A stretch of 64,000 nt of DNA, taken from the NCBI GenBank assembly GCA_040390065.1, contig JAZJZE010000009.1:474930-538929 (forward strand), given 5' to 3'. The stretch comes from a bacterium (GTDB taxonomy: Archaea; Thermoplasmatota; E2; JACPAO01; JAHFTW01). Under the pieces are notes generated by a model. The model worked only from the letters and a program-made list of their open reading frames with translations. It did no database searches and was not told where the DNA came from. Shown here one piece after another: positions 20,698 to 29,594 of this stretch (position 1 is its first letter; each line of letters opens with the position of its first letter). The translations under genes and the position numbers were made by a program.

Positions 20698-22086
20698 GTG
20701 CGCGCGGCGGCGGTCGTCCTGGGCATCGTCCTTGCGGCCGCGTCGGCCAGCGGGGCAGCCACGAAACCCGTGGACCTCCATATCCCCGTCGACTTCTCGG
20801 TGTCTGGCGGCGTCATGCTGGCCGGGCACCTCGACCTGCCGGGCGGCGCCGTCACCAACGCGACGTTCGTGGGGGCACGCGAGGTCCGCTTCGAGCCCGG
20901 CACGCTCACCGTCTGCCCCGTGACGGCAGCTCAAGACGCCCTGCCTGCCACGATTGCAACGATCCTGGGCGGACTCAACGCCACGTGCCCGCAAGGCGAG
21001 CACTTCCCGGACGGCCAACTGGCGTTGAGCCCGGGCACGATGCTCGCCAGCGTCGGCACCGCCCCCGTGGCGGCGACGTCGCGCGCGAGCCTGGCCTCGT
21101 TCGCCCAACGCGGCGGCGGACTCGTCTTGTCCGATGACGGCATCCTGCTCACCCGGCCCGGCGCGCTCTTTGGCATGGCACCCACGTCCCGCGCGGACCA
21201 GGTGTTCGTCACGACCGACAAGGGCACGCGGACGTACAACGGGACCGGCTACGCGTTCCTGCACGACGGCTCGGCGGCCCGCTTCCTCGCCGGGGGCGTG
21301 GCTGGCACTTGGGGCACGGTGCACGTCGTGGTGACACCGGCCGACCTGGATGCGCTCCGGCAGGCGTACCGGCCGTTCGACCTTCTCGCCCTCGAATCGG
21401 CGCTGCGTGGCCCCGAGGCGCGCGAACCGCAAGGCAATGTCAGCGGCCTGCTGTACGAGTATGGCCGCGTTCCCGCCTTCATCAACGGCGCCGCGTTGGG
21501 ACGGCTGCAAGGCACGGCAAACGGCGTGCCGCTCGACGGCACCGCCGTGGCGCTCGTGCGCAGCGACCACCTCGAACTGCAGGCCGATGGCGCGCATCTC
21601 GTCGGCACGGGCGAGCCGCGCCTCGTCATCGCAAGCCAGGGGATCGCCGTGGAGGGCGGCCCGCCGCTTGGGCCGCCGTGGTTCTTCGGCGCCTTGCTGT
21701 GGAGTGCCGCCATCCTCGTGCTCGCCGTGCGGCGTGAGACACCGGTCCGCCCCCGGCTTGACCGGCTTGTCTGGTGGGTCGCGACCGGACTTGCCTTCCT
21801 CGCCGTGGACCGCCTGGTGATGGCAGCGCCCCTTGGCACGAGCGCCCTCTCGGCCCTGACGGATGGCTCCACGGCCGGGACCGTGTTCTCGCTGGCGCTC
21901 TTCGAGTCCATCGCGGTCGCCCTATCGTGGCTCGTCCTGGCCCTTCCCGTCCGGCTCATGACGAGCCGCACCGTCCGCAAGCACGCCCTCGTGTGGCAGG
22001 GCGCCGTGGGATTTGCGTGGCTGGTCGTCATCGCCCTCCTGCCGGGAGCCATCTTCGCGTTGGCCCACTCGGTGGCGCGGTTGTAG
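20698..22086 (+). CDS. Exported protein with C-terminal multi-TM anchor
   Basis: Signal peptide, beta-rich ectodomain, about 4 C-terminal TMs. Confidence 0.65.
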   Translation: MRAAAVVLGIVLAAASASGAATKPVDLHIPVDFSVSGGVMLAGHLDLPGGAVTNATFVGAREVRFEPGTLTVCPVTAAQDALPATIATILGGLNATCPQGEHFPDGQLALSPGTMLASVGTAPVAATSRASLASFAQRGGGLVLSDDGILLTRPGALFGMAPTSRADQVFVTTDKGTRTYNGTGYAFLHDGSAARFLAGGVAGTWGTVHVVVTPADLDALRQAYRPFDLLALESALRGPEAREPQGNVSGLLYEYGRVPAFINGAALGRLQGTANGVPLDGTAVALVRSDHLELQADGAHLVGTGEPRLVIASQGIAVEGGPPLGPPWFFGALLWSAAILVLAVRRETPVRPRLDRLVWWVATGLAFLAVDRLVMAAPLGTSALSALTDGSTAGTVFSLALFESIAVALSWLVLALPVRLMTSRTVRKHALVWQGAVGFAWLVVIALLPGAIFALAHSVARL

Positions 22087-22089
22087 CCG

Positions 22090-23283
22090 TCAGGGGCGAG
22101 GCCGGATGGCGGTGAAGGGCAGGCGGCGGCGCAAGCGCTCCGCGGCGGACGGGCCGCGCACGACGGTCCCCCGCTGCAACGCGTAGGCAATGCGCAATCC
22201 GGCCATCTCGATGGGAAGTCGCAGGACGTAGCCGGCCAAGAGCGCCACGGCCAAGACGGTGATGGTGACGATGTAGCGGTTGGAGACCGTGACGACCGCG
22301 GCCTGCGACACCGCCGTCGTGCGGCCGTCGCCACTGGCATGGTAGGTGGCACTCCGGTGGTCGGAAGAGACGATGATCTCGTCCGTCGCGCCCTCGATCG
22401 TGAAGCCCTGCGGCACGGTCATGGTGACCGCCAGGCGCCAGCCAGGCGGCACCTGGACGTCGAGCAGTTGCTTGAGGCCCAGCAGGCGGAAGGCCGACCG
22501 GTCGGTGACAGCGTCGCTCTGCGCATGCTCGATGCGGGCTTGCAGCCGGTCGCGCTCCGTGTCTGGCCGGTCCGGGCGTTGCAGGATGCCGACCAGGCTG
22601 AAGCGGTCGAGGTACTGCAGGCGGGCGCGAGCATCGAGGACCAGCGGCGGCTCGCGCAGCGGCGGGATGGGTGGTTGGCCGACCGTGGCGTACGGGTTGT
22701 TTGGGTCGGGCACGCCGGGCAGGTGGCCGGAGCGCAGGCCGCTTGCCGGCAACGTGTTGCTCCAGGCGCCCGACAAGTCGAGGACGGTGAGCCCGGGCAG
22801 TGAGGCTTCGAGGTAGCGCTTTGCCGCGCCGAGTTCGTAGGCCTGGAAGAGGGCCAGGAGTTCGCCCGCGCCGACGAGACGCACTTCCTCCGCGGTGAGG
22901 GCCGTTCGGTTCGCGGGCACGCCGAAGGAGTTGCGCAGGCTGGCGTTGGCGTCGCCGGTGCCCGAGCGGATGGCCTCGTCGAGGCGGTCTGCGCCGACGG
23001 CGCGGAAGTCGAGGTGGAATGTGGCAACGGCGTCGGCCCCGACCTTGCCTCCGCCGAAGACGATGCCGACGACGTCGTCGTCGACGTTGCGGATGTCGAG
23101 GTCGAGGACGGCCGCGATGTCTTCGCCGTGCAGGTCCTCGCCGCTGGCCACTTCCGCTGGAGGGAGGACTTGGGCGACGACGGGGTCGAGGATGGGATGC
23201 AATGTCTTGCCGACCGTGTCGGGCGAGGGGACTTGGCCCGTCGAGACCGGCAGGCAGCAGGCCAGCACGGCAAGGATCGCCAT
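22090..23283 (-). CDS. Exported protein with C-terminal TM anchor
   Basis: Signal-like N-terminus; C-terminal TM plus Arg-rich tail; TGATG overlap with upstream gene. Confidence 0.65.
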   Translation of the reverse strand: MAILAVLACCLPVSTGQVPSPDTVGKTLHPILDPVVAQVLPPAEVASGEDLHGEDIAAVLDLDIRNVDDDVVGIVFGGGKVGADAVATFHLDFRAVGADRLDEAIRSGTGDANASLRNSFGVPANRTALTAEEVRLVGAGELLALFQAYELGAAKRYLEASLPGLTVLDLSGAWSNTLPASGLRSGHLPGVPDPNNPYATVGQPPIPPLREPPLVLDARARLQYLDRFSLVGILQRPDRPDTERDRLQARIEHAQSDAVTDRSAFRLLGLKQLLDVQVPPGWRLAVTMTVPQGFTIEGATDEIIVSSDHRSATYHASGDGRTTAVSQAAVVTVSNRYIVTITVLAVALLAGYVLRLPIEMAGLRIAYALQRGTVVRGPSAAERLRRRLPFTAIRPRP

Positions 23284-23669
23284 CAGGCGGCCCAAGGCGG
23301 CACCCCCGAGGTGAAGAAGACGAGCCATACCAGGAACAGCACGAAGGTGACCAGGGCGCCGAGGGCACCCAGCCGCCGCGCCTGGCCCGCACGGACCGTG
23401 AAGCGCGCATCGTCGTCGTCGCGATGCGCCAAGGCGAAGGAGCGGCCAGCAAGCAGCGGCCCGACGGCCAGGATCAAGATGGCGGCGACGGAGCCGACGA
23501 TGTAGCCGGGAAGGCGCAGGACGTGGACGTCGTCGGCGGAGAAGCCGACGGCGAAGGCGATGAGCGCGCCAGCCAGGCACGCCGAGCGGCGCGCCACGAC
23601 GGCGGCCTCGAAACGGTCCGGCCTGATGGACACGCGTCTCGTCTGGGCGGCGCGCAGCCAGTGGCGCAC
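23283..23669 (-). CDS. Small membrane protein (about 3 TM), start uncertain
   Basis: Hydrophobic segments; coupled to downstream gene. Confidence 0.55.
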   Translation of the reverse strand: MRHWLRAAQTRRVSIRPDRFEAAVVARRSACLAGALIAFAVGFSADDVHVLRLPGYIVGSVAAILILAVGPLLAGRSFALAHRDDDDARFTVRAGQARRLGALGALVTFVLFLVWLVFFTSGVPPWAA

Positions 23670-23821
23670 CCGCCATTGCAGCGGGGGGCGGGAATGCCGT
23701 GGCCGTGATTGTCCGACCTTATGGACAACCATCAGGATTGCATGCCCGTCCCAGTAGAAAACTACGTGCGTTGCGTGGCCTCCGGGGAGCCTTGATAACG
23801 CTTCCAGGGGTGCCGGCGACG

Positions 23822-24784
23822 ATGAAGGACATCTGGGTCGAGAAGTACCGGCCGCGCACGTTGGCCGAGGTGGTCGGCCAGGATGACACCGTGGAACGCC
23901 TCAAGGCCTACGTCAAGACCGGCAGTGTCCCGCATCTGATGTTCGCCGGGCCGCCGGGCACGGGCAAGACTACGTGCGCCATCGCCATGGCCCGCGACCT
24001 GTTCGGTTCCGACTCCTGGGCCGGCCGGTTCCTCGAGTTGAACGCGTCCGACGAGCGCGGCATCGGCATCGTGCGCGGCAAGATCAAGGAGTTCGCCCGC
24101 GTCGGCACCGCAGACAACCAGGGATTCAAGATCGTCTTCCTGGACGAGGCGGACTCCCTGACGCACGAGGCGCAAGGGGCGTTGCGGCGCACGATGGAGA
24201 AGTACACGGCCACGACGCGCTTCGTGCTGAGTTGCAACTACTCGTCCAAGATCATGGACCCGATCCAGAGCCGCTGCGCCGTCTTCCGCTTCCGCCCGCT
24301 CACCGTCGACCAGGTGAAGAAGTTCATCCGGCGCATCGCCACGGAGGAGAAGCTGGACATCAGTCCAGACGGCGTCGACGCCCTTGTCTTCATCGCGAAA
24401 GGCGACCTGCGAAAGACCGTAAACACGCTGCAGGTTGCGGCGACCCTCGGGGGCAAGATCGACGCGGACGCCATCTACAAGACGACCTCGACGGCGCGGC
24501 CGGAGGACGTCAAGAAGCTCCTCGAAACGGCTCTCGACGGCGACTTCATGGCAGCCCGCAACAACCTGGATGACCTACTGATCGAGTACGGCCTCTCGGG
24601 CGAGGACGTCATCCGCCAAATCCACCGCAGCGTCTTCGACCTCACCGTCCCCGACGCCCTCAAGGTGGCCCTCGTGGACCGCGTCGGCGAAGCCGAGTTC
24701 CGCATGGTCGAAGGCGCCAACGAGCGCATCCAGATCGAGGCCCTCCTGGCGCATTTCGTCCTCGCGGGCTCCAAGAAGAAGTAG
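23822..24784 (+). CDS. rfcS: Replication factor C small subunit
   Basis: WVEKYRP, GPPGTGKT, ELNASDERG, LDEAD, IQSRC; no intein. Confidence 0.97.
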   Translation: MKDIWVEKYRPRTLAEVVGQDDTVERLKAYVKTGSVPHLMFAGPPGTGKTTCAIAMARDLFGSDSWAGRFLELNASDERGIGIVRGKIKEFARVGTADNQGFKIVFLDEADSLTHEAQGALRRTMEKYTATTRFVLSCNYSSKIMDPIQSRCAVFRFRPLTVDQVKKFIRRIATEEKLDISPDGVDALVFIAKGDLRKTVNTLQVAATLGGKIDADAIYKTTSTARPEDVKKLLETALDGDFMAARNNLDDLLIEYGLSGEDVIRQIHRSVFDLTVPDALKVALVDRVGEAEFRMVEGANERIQIEALLAHFVLAGSKKK

Positions 24785-24851
24785 GCGCCCCCGCATCCCC
24801 CGCTGCCGGGTCGGCCAGCCTTTATCCCCCGGCGCCGGTGCGTCAGCCAAC

Positions 24852-25943
24852 ATGGTCATGGACAAGCGGGACATGCACAGGCCAGCATCGGTGAGCGCAG
24901 GCGCGTTGATGGGAGGCGCCATGGCCTTCGCCGGCATCGGGCTTGCCCTCCTCATCATCAAGGGGCTGCAAACCATCTCGCAAATCGGACAGTTCTCGCA
25001 ATTCTTCGACACGGGGAAGTTCACCACTGTGCTCGTCCTCTTCCTCATCCTTGCCCTCGTCATCACGGCTGCCGGCGTCACCATCGGCATGAACGCCTTC
25101 ACGCTCTTGCGCGGGCGCCGCCCGAACCTGCGCCCATCCGTCCTGGCCTACAGCACGTACGTCGCCGCGACGGGCCTCATCGTCTTCATCGCCATCCTCG
25201 TCTTGGACGCCAGTTCATCGGCAGGCAACGCGCAGACGGCGTCCATCATCATGATGCTGGCCGGGGGCGCTGGCATCGCCGCGGGCGTCCTATGGGGACC
25301 GGATCCCCAGAAGCGCCTGGCCAGCGGCATCACGGGCGCCGTCGGAGCGTTCCTGTTCTTCATCGCCTCCATGATTGCCACATCCGGGTCGCGGTCGGTC
25401 GGCGCGGCGTCCTTTGCCGGTGCGAACCTCAGCAGCTCCAACACACCCGCAATCCTGACGAGCATGGCACTTCTTGCCGTCGGCGCAGCCGCCATCGTCG
25501 CGGCCATCGTGCGCGGCCCCGGACGCGTGAGCTACGTCTTCGTCCTCGCGGGCGCGGCCCTGCTGGGCGGCATCAGCCACCTTCTCACCGGCCTGGACTA
25601 CCTCAAGGCGCTCGACAACGGAACCTCATCGGACGGCCTGGTGTCGACTGGACTGATCCTCATCTACATCGCCGGCTGGATTTGCATCCTCGCCTTCGCA
25701 GCCTTCCTCACGGCAGCCATCCTCGCGGCCGTCGGCTTCGGCAGCCTCGCCACCCAACAGAGCCAAGCCAACCGCCCAGCAGGCTGGCAGATGCCCGGAC
25801 AGCCCGCGCCGCCGATGGCGTTCACGCCGGCGCCGGCAGCCCCCGCAGCCGGTCGCCGATTGCAGTGCCCGCAATGCAAGAACGTGGTCAACGTCATGCC
25901 GGGCCAGAAGCCCATCTGCGGCTACTGCGGGTTCGGGGCGTAG
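24852..25943 (+). CDS. Polytopic membrane protein with C-terminal zinc ribbon
   Basis: About 8 TMs; CPQC...CGYCG. Confidence 0.75.
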   Translation: MVMDKRDMHRPASVSAGALMGGAMAFAGIGLALLIIKGLQTISQIGQFSQFFDTGKFTTVLVLFLILALVITAAGVTIGMNAFTLLRGRRPNLRPSVLAYSTYVAATGLIVFIAILVLDASSSAGNAQTASIIMMLAGGAGIAAGVLWGPDPQKRLASGITGAVGAFLFFIASMIATSGSRSVGAASFAGANLSSSNTPAILTSMALLAVGAAAIVAAIVRGPGRVSYVFVLAGAALLGGISHLLTGLDYLKALDNGTSSDGLVSTGLILIYIAGWICILAFAAFLTAAILAAVGFGSLATQQSQANRPAGWQMPGQPAPPMAFTPAPAAPAAGRRLQCPQCKNVVNVMPGQKPICGYCGFGA

Positions 25944-25948
25944 TGAGT

Positions 25949-25970
25949 TCCGGCGAACACCAACGAGTGT
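25949..25970. repeat. attL-like site
   Basis: TCCGGCGAACAC-CAACGA-GTGT. Confidence 0.7.
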
Positions 25971-26008
25971 CCGACGGCGTTCAAGTAGGGCAGGCCTTAG
26001 CCTGAGGC

Positions 26009-27433
26009 ATGCATGCACGCAGCGCACTGGCCCTTGCGGGGCTTCTCCTGTTGGCTGGATGCTCGACACCGTCCGATCCCGTCCACGTCGGGCCGACGAC
26101 TCCGCCCTCGGCGGGTCCGTGGCAGGTCACGTACGACTGCCCGCCTGGCAGCAGCACCACGAGCGAGTTTCCAGTGTGCACAATCCATGCGGGCACCACG
26201 GCGAGCGGTGGTGCAGTATGGGGCCACGCGCAGGACGCCAAGCACCCAAACGTGATTGTGCTCTCGATGTACGGCATCGAGCCGACAGACGTCGGGGCCG
26301 GGCCCGCGGGAACGGCGCGGTTCTACGAGACCTACCTCCTCGTCACGCAGGACGGAGGGTCCACATGGAAACGCGTCGACCTGCCAAAGATTCCGACGCT
26401 CGAGCCAGCCTCCGAATTGGCGGGCGTCGACGACGTCATGGTTCGCGGCCTCACCTTCGGCCCCGACGGCGTGCTTCATCTCTTTGGCGGCGCGACCCAT
26501 GAGGCCCCGTATCCCTCTTCCCCCGTCAAGGCGTTCGGGAACTCTCCCTCGGCGGGCGGAAACTACACCATCTTCCATGTCTCGACGCCAGACCTTGGCG
26601 TGACGTGGGGAAAGCCGACGACGCTCGGCTGGGGCCAATTCCAGGACTTCGCGGAAGGCATGGTCCTTGCCGACGGCACCATCGTCGCCACCTTCAACGG
26701 CGCGGGCCAGCCCGATGAAGCCCGCGTGTCCCACGATGCCGGCGCCACTTGGCAGGCAGTTGACCTCCCCCCAACATGCTACTACCGCTCGTGGCTGGCG
26801 CGAGTCGACGGGAAAGCGACCATCGGCTGCACCCTCGAGGCCGAGATTTGGCAATACAACGCGACATCGGGCGCATTCGAAGACCTGGCGCCCATCCCTG
26901 GCATGGGAGACTACCAGGACAACCCGTGGATAGGCCAGGGTCCAGACGGAAACGTGACCATGATCCTGCAGGAACATTACGGCGCCGATGGCCCTCGCGT
27001 CTTGCACAGTCACGACGGCGGTCGGACGTGGAGCAAGCCAGTGTTCATCGCGGCGAACTGCCAGGCCTGCGCCGGACTGTACGAGTATCAACCAGGGGAG
27101 GGATACGGGCTGGACGGACAGGGGAACCTGCACGTTGTCTTTGCGGGGTCGTTCCACGCAACGGTTCCAAACGAGGGCCTCTACCGGCGCGTCCACGCTG
27201 TCTATGGGCCCGACCTGACGCGCTTGCACGACGCTGTGATGTACAACATGAGCGAGACCTGGACGCCCGATGCGGGCTACGCAGCATGGCGGGTCGAGAA
27301 ACGTGCATCCTGGATTCATGCACCCAACGGGGTCGTCCAGGCACGCGCTGACGGCGTAGCAAGCGATGTCAACTGGTGCTGGCGTCAGGTCGCAGATGCC
27401 AAGTGGTATGATGGCGTTGGCCCTGGGCGCTGA
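26009..27433 (+). CDS. Asp-box/BNR lipoprotein; 3' end possibly aberrant
   Basis: LLAGC lipobox; TQDGGSTW, TPDLGVTW, SHDAGATW, SHDGGRTW. Confidence 0.7.
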   Translation: MHARSALALAGLLLLAGCSTPSDPVHVGPTTPPSAGPWQVTYDCPPGSSTTSEFPVCTIHAGTTASGGAVWGHAQDAKHPNVIVLSMYGIEPTDVGAGPAGTARFYETYLLVTQDGGSTWKRVDLPKIPTLEPASELAGVDDVMVRGLTFGPDGVLHLFGGATHEAPYPSSPVKAFGNSPSAGGNYTIFHVSTPDLGVTWGKPTTLGWGQFQDFAEGMVLADGTIVATFNGAGQPDEARVSHDAGATWQAVDLPPTCYYRSWLARVDGKATIGCTLEAEIWQYNATSGAFEDLAPIPGMGDYQDNPWIGQGPDGNVTMILQEHYGADGPRVLHSHDGGRTWSKPVFIAANCQACAGLYEYQPGEGYGLDGQGNLHVVFAGSFHATVPNEGLYRRVHAVYGPDLTRLHDAVMYNMSETWTPDAGYAAWRVEKRASWIHAPNGVVQARADGVASDVNWCWRQVADAKWYDGVGPGR

Positions 27434-27505
27434 CACGGTGACTGCTGCAACGGTGGCGAGGATGAGGAGCAAGGCTGCCAGGATGTTGGCGGGCCGTCTA
27501 TTCAT
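27281..27505 (-). other. Signal peptide plus Cys-rich peptide ORF lacking a nearby in-frame stop
   Basis: MNRR + hydrophobic stretch + ANA, then 44 aa with 7 Cys ending PCC; an out-of-frame TAG follows one base later. Confidence 0.45.
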
Positions 27506-27581
27506 GCTGCACCCGGAGCAACCGCGGGGGGCGGTGGCGCTGGTTTGAGTAGGAGGGTCAAGCGGTTCTGTGGTGGAGGAT

Positions 27582-27773
27582 TCATCGGCGTTTTCTCCGG
27601 GGTTTTTGGTTCATGAAGCCGTAGCCTGCGGCTACGATGAAGGTTAGACTGAGGAAGGTGAGGAAGGGCGTGTCGGCGATGTAGCCGAGGAACCCTGCGG
27701 CGGCTGCGGCGGCAACGCACAATGCGGAGCCGCCGTAGAGTTTCACTTCAGGTGCGAGCTGGTAGCGAGCCAT
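27582..27773 (-). CDS. 63-aa two-TM protein with basic tail
   Basis: GGAGG RBS; two hydrophobic helices; KPRRKRR. Confidence 0.65.
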   Translation of the reverse strand: MARYQLAPEVKLYGGSALCVAAAAAAGFLGYIADTPFLTFLSLTFIVAAGYGFMNQKPRRKRR

Positions 27774-27798
27774 GATTTGCCTCCGAGCAATCGCTGTC

Positions 27799-28359
27799 TC
27801 AGAACAATGCGCCCGTGGTGAGGTTGACTTCCTCGCGATGCGAGACTGGGGCGAGGTCCTTCATTTGCGGCATCCAGAACGTGGTCCAACCGCTGGAGAC
27901 GTCGTTCTGGAACGCCTCGACGTCCACGACGTAGGCGCCGAGCCCTTGCGGATCGACGGGGAAGTGGACTTCCACGTCGAAGGCGCCTGCTCCGGCCTTG
28001 TCCACGACGTAGGCGGAATAGGAGGGTTCGCTGTTGCCGCCCGGCGTCGGGTAGTACACGGTTGTTCCGACGCGGCTGCCGGCCAGGCTGGCCGCGTGTC
28101 CATCCGTGGAGTCGTCCATGCCCGCGTACGTGACTTCGGCGGCGGCGAGTCTTCCGTCCTTGAGAGCACCGCCGGTGCAACTCGTGAAGGCCGCGTGCTG
28201 GCCGCCGTCCTTTCCGTCCGTAGTGAAGTGGCAGGTGATCTCGTAGTGCTTGTCCTTCAGTTTGGAGGCGTCTGTGACCTTCGTTTCGCCGGGCTTTCCG
28301 GCGCAACCAGCCAAGGCCAGCAATGCCAGGCAGGCCAACGCGGCGATTGCGAATTGCAT
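27799..28359 (-). CDS. Hypothetical lipoprotein
   Basis: LALAGC lipobox; starts 1 nt after the upstream stop. Confidence 0.7.
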   Translation of the reverse strand: MQFAIAALACLALLALAGCAGKPGETKVTDASKLKDKHYEITCHFTTDGKDGGQHAAFTSCTGGALKDGRLAAAEVTYAGMDDSTDGHAASLAGSRVGTTVYYPTPGGNSEPSYSAYVVDKAGAGAFDVEVHFPVDPQGLGAYVVDVEAFQNDVSSGWTTFWMPQMKDLAPVSHREEVNLTTGALF

Positions 28360-28360
28360 G

Positions 28361-28561
28361 CTAACGCCCCCTTGGCGCTCGGCCTGCGCCGCCGGCTGCG
28401 GCGGCGAAGCCTTGGCGGCCCACGATGAAGAAGGCACCAATCATGACGAGCAGGAGCGGCAAGGGTAGGAAGAGGCCGCTGGCCCACCAGAACGCCAAGA
28501 CCGCGATGCCGCCTCCGACCAATGATGGTGGCCACGTGCGCCACTTCGATTGGAACGTCAT
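28361..28561 (-). CDS. 66-aa two-TM protein
   Basis: ATGA-coupled to upstream gene; hydrophobic hairpin. Confidence 0.6.
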   Translation of the reverse strand: MTFQSKWRTWPPSLVGGGIAVLAFWWASGLFLPLPLLLVMIGAFFIVGRQGFAAAAGGAGRAPRGR

Positions 28562-29109
28562 ACGAGCGGCACCTCGTAGGTTCCTCGCTCGGAGTCCTCA
28601 ATGGTCACACCGGCGGCGCTTGCATCAGTGTAGTCGACTTGCATCAAGGCGGCACTTCCGCGGCTGGCGCTCGTGGTGAAGAGCACCGTTCCGGAGGAGT
28701 CGTGGATGCTGACCTGCAAGGCGACGGCGCCGCTGCTGTACACCTTGGCGGCGTCCGTCTTGGCGGCGGGGTTCTGAATCGTGGTTCCCGTCTCGGTCCA
28801 GGCGGTGCCGTCGAAGCGGATGTACACGGTCTGGCCGGTGCCAGCGACTCCTGGGAGGCCGTTTCTGAGTTCGGCAATGCAGCCTTGCGTGTCGCCGACG
28901 ATGCGTTGCACACTGTGCAATGGGTCGGTGATGCTGCATCCCGGGTCGTGCGTGCTGGCCGCGGCCTTGGGCGGGGTGGCTTGGTGCGGCAAAAGCAACC
29001 ACACGCCGCCGACGACGAGGGCGGCGATGACGAAGTGTTTCATCGTGACTTGCTTCTTCTTGGCCCCATGGGGCGCTTGGTTGCCGAGTTGGCGGAATTT
29101 TCGTGTCAT
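28558..29109 (-). CDS. Membrane-anchored hypothetical protein
   Basis: AGGAG RBS; basic N-terminus, single TM, beta-rich ectodomain. Confidence 0.65.
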   Translation of the reverse strand: MTRKFRQLGNQAPHGAKKKQVTMKHFVIAALVVGGVWLLLPHQATPPKAAASTHDPGCSITDPLHSVQRIVGDTQGCIAELRNGLPGVAGTGQTVYIRFDGTAWTETGTTIQNPAAKTDAAKVYSSGAVALQVSIHDSSGTVLFTTSASRGSAALMQVDYTDASAAGVTIEDSERGTYEVPLV

Positions 29110-29132
29110 AGCCAGGCTCCTTTCGTGTCGAT

Positions 29133-29516
29133 TTGGACTGTCTTGATGGCGGTCATGTCGTCGATGGGGCAGGCGCGGTATCCGGGTTGCCACCATTGGT
29201 CCACGTCAGGCACCTTGCACGAACCGAGCATCTGATGATTCGCCACCACGGCCGATCCTGGGCGATTTACCCAGGCAGCCACGCCGCAGGCTTCGTGCAC
29301 GGGGCGTTGCTGCGAGAGCCTGCCCTTGCTGCACTCCTGGCGTGGCTTACCCTGCAGCCGCCGCTTAGCCAGTGGGCCATCGTGGGCCACGCTGCGCGCG
29401 AATGGGGCTGGTCAAGTTCAACGACGCGACACCGCTTGGCCCGCCTGGTACAAGCGGGCCTTTCCAGACGCGAGACCGTAAAGCACGAGCAATTCTTGCA
29501 CGCCGTCAGCAAGTGA
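29133..29516 (+). pseudogene. Degenerate double winged-helix regulator, paralog of 37760-38245
   Basis: GWSSSTTRHRLARLV matches GWPRSTTQQRLRRLV; first HTH appears eroded. Confidence 0.45.
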
Positions 29517-29594
29517 CCAGGGCATTGCAGCCAAACAACATTCAGGCGCTACAGCGCAAGACGCCAACTTTCTTCGCCCGCATCCTCTGTGCCA

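Noticed and set aside
23709-23728. TTGTCC-N8-GGACAA palindrome upstream of rfcS
   Set aside because: Single 6-bp-arm occurrence with no cognate regulator; insufficient support
25970-25979. TCCGACGGCG beside attL matching the core of the 16.8/44.3 kb repeat
   Set aside because: A GC-rich 10-mer of a type frequent in this sequence; chance is sufficient
25997-27280. Remainder of the 502-aa minus-strand ORF as a real protein
   Set aside because: It is the antisense of the Asp-box lipoprotein; only the first ~75 codons look genuine
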